Source: an uncultured Pseudosulfitobacter sp. (lineage in GTDB: Bacteria; Pseudomonadota; Alphaproteobacteria; Rhodobacterales; Rhodobacteraceae). Taken from it: a stretch of 64,000 bases of DNA. The position numbers were made by a program, and so were the translations under genes. Shown here piece after piece: positions 62,791 to 64,000 of this stretch. Numbering within the stretch: the first letter of the stretch is position 1; each line of letters begins with the position of its first letter. The stretch spans positions 8,500-72,499 of the forward strand of contig CBFHKQ010000004.1 of NCBI GenBank assembly GCA_965656435.1, in the 5' to 3' direction. A model generated the notes under the pieces. That model was not told the DNA's origin. It did not search any database and was given only the letters and a program-made list of their open reading frames with translations.

Positions 62791-63972
62791 TCAATACGGC
62801 AAGCCGACGTAGTTTTCGGCCATCGCCTGCTGTGCGGCACGATTGCTGCGCAAGAACGCCAGATCAGCCTCCTGCATTTTGCAGTCAAAATCGCTCTGAT
62901 CCGGAAAATGGTGCATCATAGAAGAGAACCACCAGCTAAAACGCTCCGTTTTCCAGACACGGGCCAAAGCTTTGTTGGAATAGGCATCGATGCCGTCGCG
63001 CGTGCCTTGCTCATAAAAGGCACGCAACCCGGAATAGAGGTAATGCACATCCGAGGCGGCCGTGTTCAGCCCCTTGGCCCCCGTCGGCGGCACAATATGG
63101 GCGGCGTCCCCGCATAAAAAGAGGCGCCCCCACTGCATCGGCTCGGTCACGAAAGACCGCAGCGGCGCGATGGATTTTTCAATCGAGGGGCCCGTTACCA
63201 ATTGTTCGGCCTGCGCTTCGGGAATGCGGCGCCGCAACTCTTGCCAGAAGGCCGCGTCGGACCAATCCTCGGCCCGATCTGACAGCGCGCATTGGATATA
63301 GTACCGGCTGAGGTTGGCATTGCGCATGGAGCAAAGCGCAAAACCGCGCGGCCCATTCGCATAGATCAATTCATGGCTGACGGGGGGCGTTTCGGACAAA
63401 ACCCCAAGCCAACCAAAGGGATAGACCTTTTCATATTCGCGCCGCACGGAAGTCGGGATCGTGCGCCGGCTGACCCCGTGAAAACCGTCACAACCCGCGA
63501 TATAGTCGCAGAATAAATGCTGCGCCACGCCGTCGACCACATAGGTGACATAAGGCGCGTCAGTGTCCACATCGTGCAGCACCACGTCCTCAACACCGTG
63601 CACGACTTCGGCCCCGAGGGCTGCGCGGGCCGCATAAAGGTCGCGCGTCACCTCCGTTTGGCCATAAACGATGACGGGCCGTCCGGTCAGTTCCGTGAAA
63701 TCGAGGCGAAACATGTTGTCGCCATAGGCCAGCAAAGTGCCGTCGTGCACGAACCCTTCGGCGTGTAGGCGCGCGGCACAACCCGCTTCCTCCAACAACC
63801 CAACAAGGCCCTGTTCCAAAACGCCCGCGCGAATGCGGCTAATCACGTGGTTTTGGCTCTGACGTTCCAAAACGACGTTGTCGATCCCGCGCAGTGCCAG
63901 CAGTTGACCCAGCAACATGCCAGAGGGGCCACCGCCAATAATGGCGACCTTGGTCGATGCTTTGCCTGTCAT
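62791..63972 (-). CDS. pobA: 4-hydroxybenzoate 3-monooxygenase
   Basis: GGGPSG, RIRAGVLE, GCDGFHG, GDAAHIVPPTGAKGLN, AENYVGLPY. Confidence 0.97.
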   Translation of the reverse strand: MTGKASTKVAIIGGGPSGMLLGQLLALRGIDNVVLERQSQNHVISRIRAGVLEQGLVGLLEEAGCAARLHAEGFVHDGTLLAYGDNMFRLDFTELTGRPVIVYGQTEVTRDLYAARAALGAEVVHGVEDVVLHDVDTDAPYVTYVVDGVAQHLFCDYIAGCDGFHGVSRRTIPTSVRREYEKVYPFGWLGVLSETPPVSHELIYANGPRGFALCSMRNANLSRYYIQCALSDRAEDWSDAAFWQELRRRIPEAQAEQLVTGPSIEKSIAPLRSFVTEPMQWGRLFLCGDAAHIVPPTGAKGLNTAASDVHYLYSGLRAFYEQGTRDGIDAYSNKALARVWKTERFSWWFSSMMHHFPDQSDFDCKMQEADLAFLRSNRAAQQAMAENYVGLPY

Positions 63973-64000
63973 ATCGCCCCCCCGTTCGTCCGCCTGACAT

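Overview
High-GC alphaproteobacterial chromosome segment with Rhodobacteraceae/Roseobacter-type gene content and order (taxon inferred from the proteins only). It is mostly core genome: lpxL tail, acnA, yajC-secDF-tauE-DUF498-ccmABCDG, serS, yfgM-bamB-der, an RND efflux pair, an ATM1-type ABC exporter, a LysM protein, LOG, rarD, sodB, sarcosine oxidase soxBDAG, ccmI-ruvX, dusA, the pha/mrp antiporter operon, a TRAP transporter, acs-adk, an Fe3+-binding protein, eda, and a pobA-pcaCHG-BKACE cluster. No rRNA, tRNA, CRISPR array, transposase or integrase was seen. Two accessory patches stand out. (1) 55.7-60.2 kb: an orphan CheB-CheR-PAS/coiled-coil fusion with no output domain, divergent from a hypothetical protein that looks like a PAS domain plus a His-less DHp-like hairpin. 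This is the best candidate for an undescribed methylation-based signalling module. (2) 22.5-23.6 kb: a low-GC single GNAT gene bracketed by inverted repeats and hairpins, like a gene cassette. Also found: a 58-aa antisense membrane peptide ORF inside the sox operon and ccmD (both missed by the ORF track), a TetR-like operator, and tandem Iron-Rhodo-like boxes. Gene starts were chosen by eye and are approximate.
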